A stretch of DNA of 64,000 bases from Trichoplax adhaerens (lineage: Eukaryota; Animalia; Placozoa). This document shows, in pieces, positions 60,428 through 64,000 of the stretch (the first letter of the stretch is position 1; each line of letters starts with the position of its first letter). The translations under genes and the position numbers were made by a program. The stretch lies in assembly GCF_000150275.1 (NCBI RefSeq), contig NW_002060947.1, positions 4,144,335-4,208,334 of the forward strand, read 5' to 3'. The notes beneath the pieces were generated by a model. That model was not told the origin of the DNA. It worked only from the letters and a program-made list of their open reading frames with translations, and did no database searches.

Positions 60428-61990
60428 CTTGATGTAAGATTCTTTCCTTGATAAACTAAATTCAAATATATATTTGTATAATAAAAGATACTGGTTTTAG
60501 TAAAGATTTGTATTTCATCGTTAAGCAATTGCTATAGAAGACCTTACTTGGATATAAGCATTAACTGAGATGGGAAATTTTTCAAATAGTATTGTCGTTG
60601 TAATCCAGATTCTATCACCTTGTCAGGATTGGAATCGAATTATTGGCTACTCGTTACAAGGACTTGCTCAATTTATAGTTTTTGATGAGATGTAAGGTTT
60701 ACCCTAAATAACTTATAGTATGTTGGTTACAGTTCGTGCATTACACGAAGATTAAATGAAGTTGACGACAAATGCACTGCCAATTTTGATAAATGAAATC
60801 ATAGTATCAATACGTTAATAAGACTATAGTTCTGTTATTATAATAATTTCGGTATATAGAGAACTATAAATGTGTAGGAGTTGATAATTTCCATTTCGTT
60901 ACAAGATTTGAAAATTCTGACAATAATTATTATCAATAGTGAAGCTGGGGCCTGAGCTTAGTGTATTTGACTAAAATGATAGTCATTTAGGGAGTAATTT
61001 TAACAATGATAGATTTGTACAAATTGTGCACGATATTGTAAAGTAATTCCATTACATCTTTTGTTAACAAAGTGTAACTATGAATATGTTAAGATTGCTA
61101 AAAGTTTCGATCATTTTATTGTATTCATTTTAAATCCAGTTTCACAAAATTGGATAGTTTACTTGTAGAGATGTTATATTCCAAAGTGGTATTTTTAATT
61201 TATTTAGCTAATTCTACAATCGTAGTAGCACTTTGAGGATCATCATATCGAACGAAATTACTTTTAAACGATAATGCTTGGATAATGATATCTATGCCGA
61301 ATACGAACTTCTATCTCTGCACTTACGGTAGTACTGTATAAATGTCTGTATTCTTACTCGTTTATCGTACACTCGTATACGCTCCTATGTCAAGGAGTGT
61401 CATCAATCAGATTTGTTGTTTGCACAATGCACAGTCTTGGACAACTATAATAATATAACCAGTCTCAATATTATGCTAATAGGATTATTATAGATTTGAA
61501 TTGGAATGTTTACATATTTGAATATATGGTACAATTATCATAGAACGCTATGCACAGGGATGATGGTTGTCAATTTTTTACTGAAGACTAACGGAAGAAT
61601 TTCCATTTCAGAAGGAAGACGTCAGTCCAAACTTCGTTTACCGTTAGTGTCAAAATTTATTTTTATTTTTGGGAGCAAGGCCCTTTCTACATGTAAGGTA
61701 ATGACATACATTTGTAGTTAAGATTTGCTTTTGCGTTCCGTCACCAAGTAATTGAATATGAGAATTAACCTTACATTATCTCGAAATTGCGTACAATTAA
61801 AAATACAACTTGTAAATAATATGTATCATAACCTCCTTTCGAATATCTATGAAACTTAAGATGATCACTAATAGATGAAAATATGTGACATAGTGCTTCG
61901 AATCAAATAAGAAAGCAATATTTCAAATATATATAATTTTGGTAGATATGTAGATATTTATATATATGATATACAGCTACAATAAAATCT

Positions 61991-64000
61991 TTAAGATTGC
62001 TTTTTGTTTTCTAAAGCAATTGCTTTAATCGTAGTCATTTTTTCTTGTAATTGTAGATCAATATTTTGATTATCGTTTGAATTATCGGAATCTTTAGGTT
62101 CCTCCGACATCTCTGGTTTTTGCTTGTCAGATGATTGTTGTATCGACTGAATAATGAGCTGTTGGTATTCATAAATTGTTTTATACTGTTCGTCTGTCAA
62201 GTGTTGCTTTAGGAATGATATAATCTGAGGGATACATCGACCAGGAGCGTGTATCATACATTGCGTATGTCTTTGAAATAACAGCAATGTGCAAAGATGT
62301 AAACACATCGCCGGTTTACTTTCTTTATTCAATTGCTCTATTAGACTTTGGCGGTGATTGAAGATTATTTGCCTATGAATACATCATCCACTATCAATAT
62401 TATAGATTGTATTACAGCTTGTTATTGTGACGAAGTTAAAAGATAACAAACCTTTCTTTTTTCTTATCCAATTTTTTTATCATTATTTGGCAAATCGAAG
62501 GTCCAAGAACAACGTCAAGGGCATCAAAGAATTGCTCAACATCCTATATGATAGTATCATTTTATAAATGATAATACCGTCATTAATACAAGATCTAAGT
62601 GTCTACTACCGTATATCCCTGTATATGCATTACCAATGAACAGTTAATATTTGTTACTTTGCCGCTTAATGATTTTTCCAAGGCAGATGCAGCTTTTTTA
62701 ACGTTATTAGGAAATTTCTCCAAAGCGGAAGAACGTGTCTGTATAACAGAAAGAATTTGTCACTTGCATCTAGGATATACAGTCCATGTACGTCATATAG
62801 TATATATATACTGTCGGTTAAATATAATACATTGGGCTCACTTCAGGATTTAAAGAATTAGGATCACTATCAACCATAATATGTTCGCTAATTAATAGAC
62901 TGAAAACGATATTGGTTATCTCTGTACATAGAGTATGCAAAAGATGTTTTCCAAGAGTGGTATGCGCGTCGCCTATAGCAATTTTAAATGGAAGTGAAAA
63001 TTGATAGTTCATTAATGTATGAAAGCAAATTTTTATCTGCTGTGAAGCAAGACTTTTACTTGCATTACCAGAAAAATGTTGAAGGCCTTTTCCAAATAAT
63101 TTAGCGTTAGTTAATAAACCATTAATTTTATCTTGTGCATCTGAATGAAGTTTACGTTTTTCAGAAGTAACTGAAGATGTTGATGCCAGGAATACTGATT
63201 TAGCAACCTCCTGATACTTTCTTTTGAGTGGACTACAGATATAGCAGAAAAATCAATGATCATTACCACTCAGTTATTACAATATGATTTCCTTACATCT
63301 AACTTGTTCAGGACGGCCAGTAAGAGAATGGATGAAGTATTATTTTCTTACCTAAATAGTTGAGAAGCGATTTCTTCTAAAAATTGATCTTCACAGTTTG
63401 AATGCTCTCGTTGCAATACTTCTATTATCTGAAATTTTGTGGGAATTCCGGTTATGAAAGTTTGATCTTTATTCATATAATTCAAATAAGTGTAGAGTTG
63501 AATTATGGTACTATAATATAGCTTTGTATATTCAAATACCTCGGGAATGGCCATAAATTCCAAGTCCTGCTTATTTTGTTTAATATGAGATCTGGTTGAT
63601 TCAAGGTCATCTGGCGTAGATCGGTCTTTGCCTTTACCCTTTCTTTTCGAACTCGTTGAATCATCTCCTTTCTTTTTTTTACCTCCAGTAACATTGGAGT
63701 CGTCATGTTTAGTCAGTGTCGAATGATTAGGATTGGTGGAGCTGGTAGATGCAAATTTTGCAGCTACTTTACCGGCATCCTGAATAGATTATGAGAAAAG
63801 AGTATTTTTAAATTGCGATTCAAAAAAGACTATAAATAGTAAATGAAAGTATACTTTTTCGGCTTTGGTCTTCATATGATCATCGAATAATTGTAAACAG
63901 TTTTGAATAAATTTGTTGCTGACAACGAATTTGTCGCAAAGACATTGTACGGATGTGTTATTTTTATTACTTTTTAAGCAATGCTTTTGTAACAACACTG
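61991..64000 (-). CDS. UFL1: E3 UFM1-protein ligase 1, 3' portion (gene continues beyond the window end)
   Basis: KPAMCLHLCTLLLFQRHTQCMIHAPGRCIPQIISFLK (human [36 protein letters not shown]), LGKHLLHTLCTEITN, AKLFGKGLQHF, KKLDKKKE, EEIASQL. Stop TAA at 61991-61993. Confidence 0.93.

Overview
Eukaryotic, AT-rich genomic DNA with compact GT-AG introns, not a prokaryotic window. The gene set, short introns and intronless rhodopsin-type GPCR suggest an early-branching animal such as a placozoan (Trichoplax-like); this is inference only. Ten protein-coding genes were reconstructed by eye from splice sites and reading frame: BLOC1S3 (+, 5 exons, mostly invisible in the ORF track); an intronless orphan multipass membrane protein (-) head-to-head with a four-TM2-domain protein ending in a PPxY motif (+); a class A GPCR with ARH instead of DRY (+); MAP3K4/MEKK4 (-) head-to-head with ASCC3 (+); a BBOX1-like dioxygenase (+); SMARCAD1 apparently without CUE domains (-); a secreted kringle-kringle-jacalin protein (-); and the 3' part of UFL1 (-). 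Non-coding structure: TACAG/CTGTA-rich repeat blocks at promoters (the MAP3K4/ASCC3 block is bounded by a perfect 13-bp inverted repeat and holds E-box and CRE motifs), two palindrome-bearing tandem repeat families, a GC-rich structured island, and a recent 467-bp tandem duplication. The most novel-looking items are the kringle-kringle-jacalin protein, the 4xTM2/orphan membrane protein pair and the symmetric MAP3K4/ASCC3 promoter. No database searches were run.
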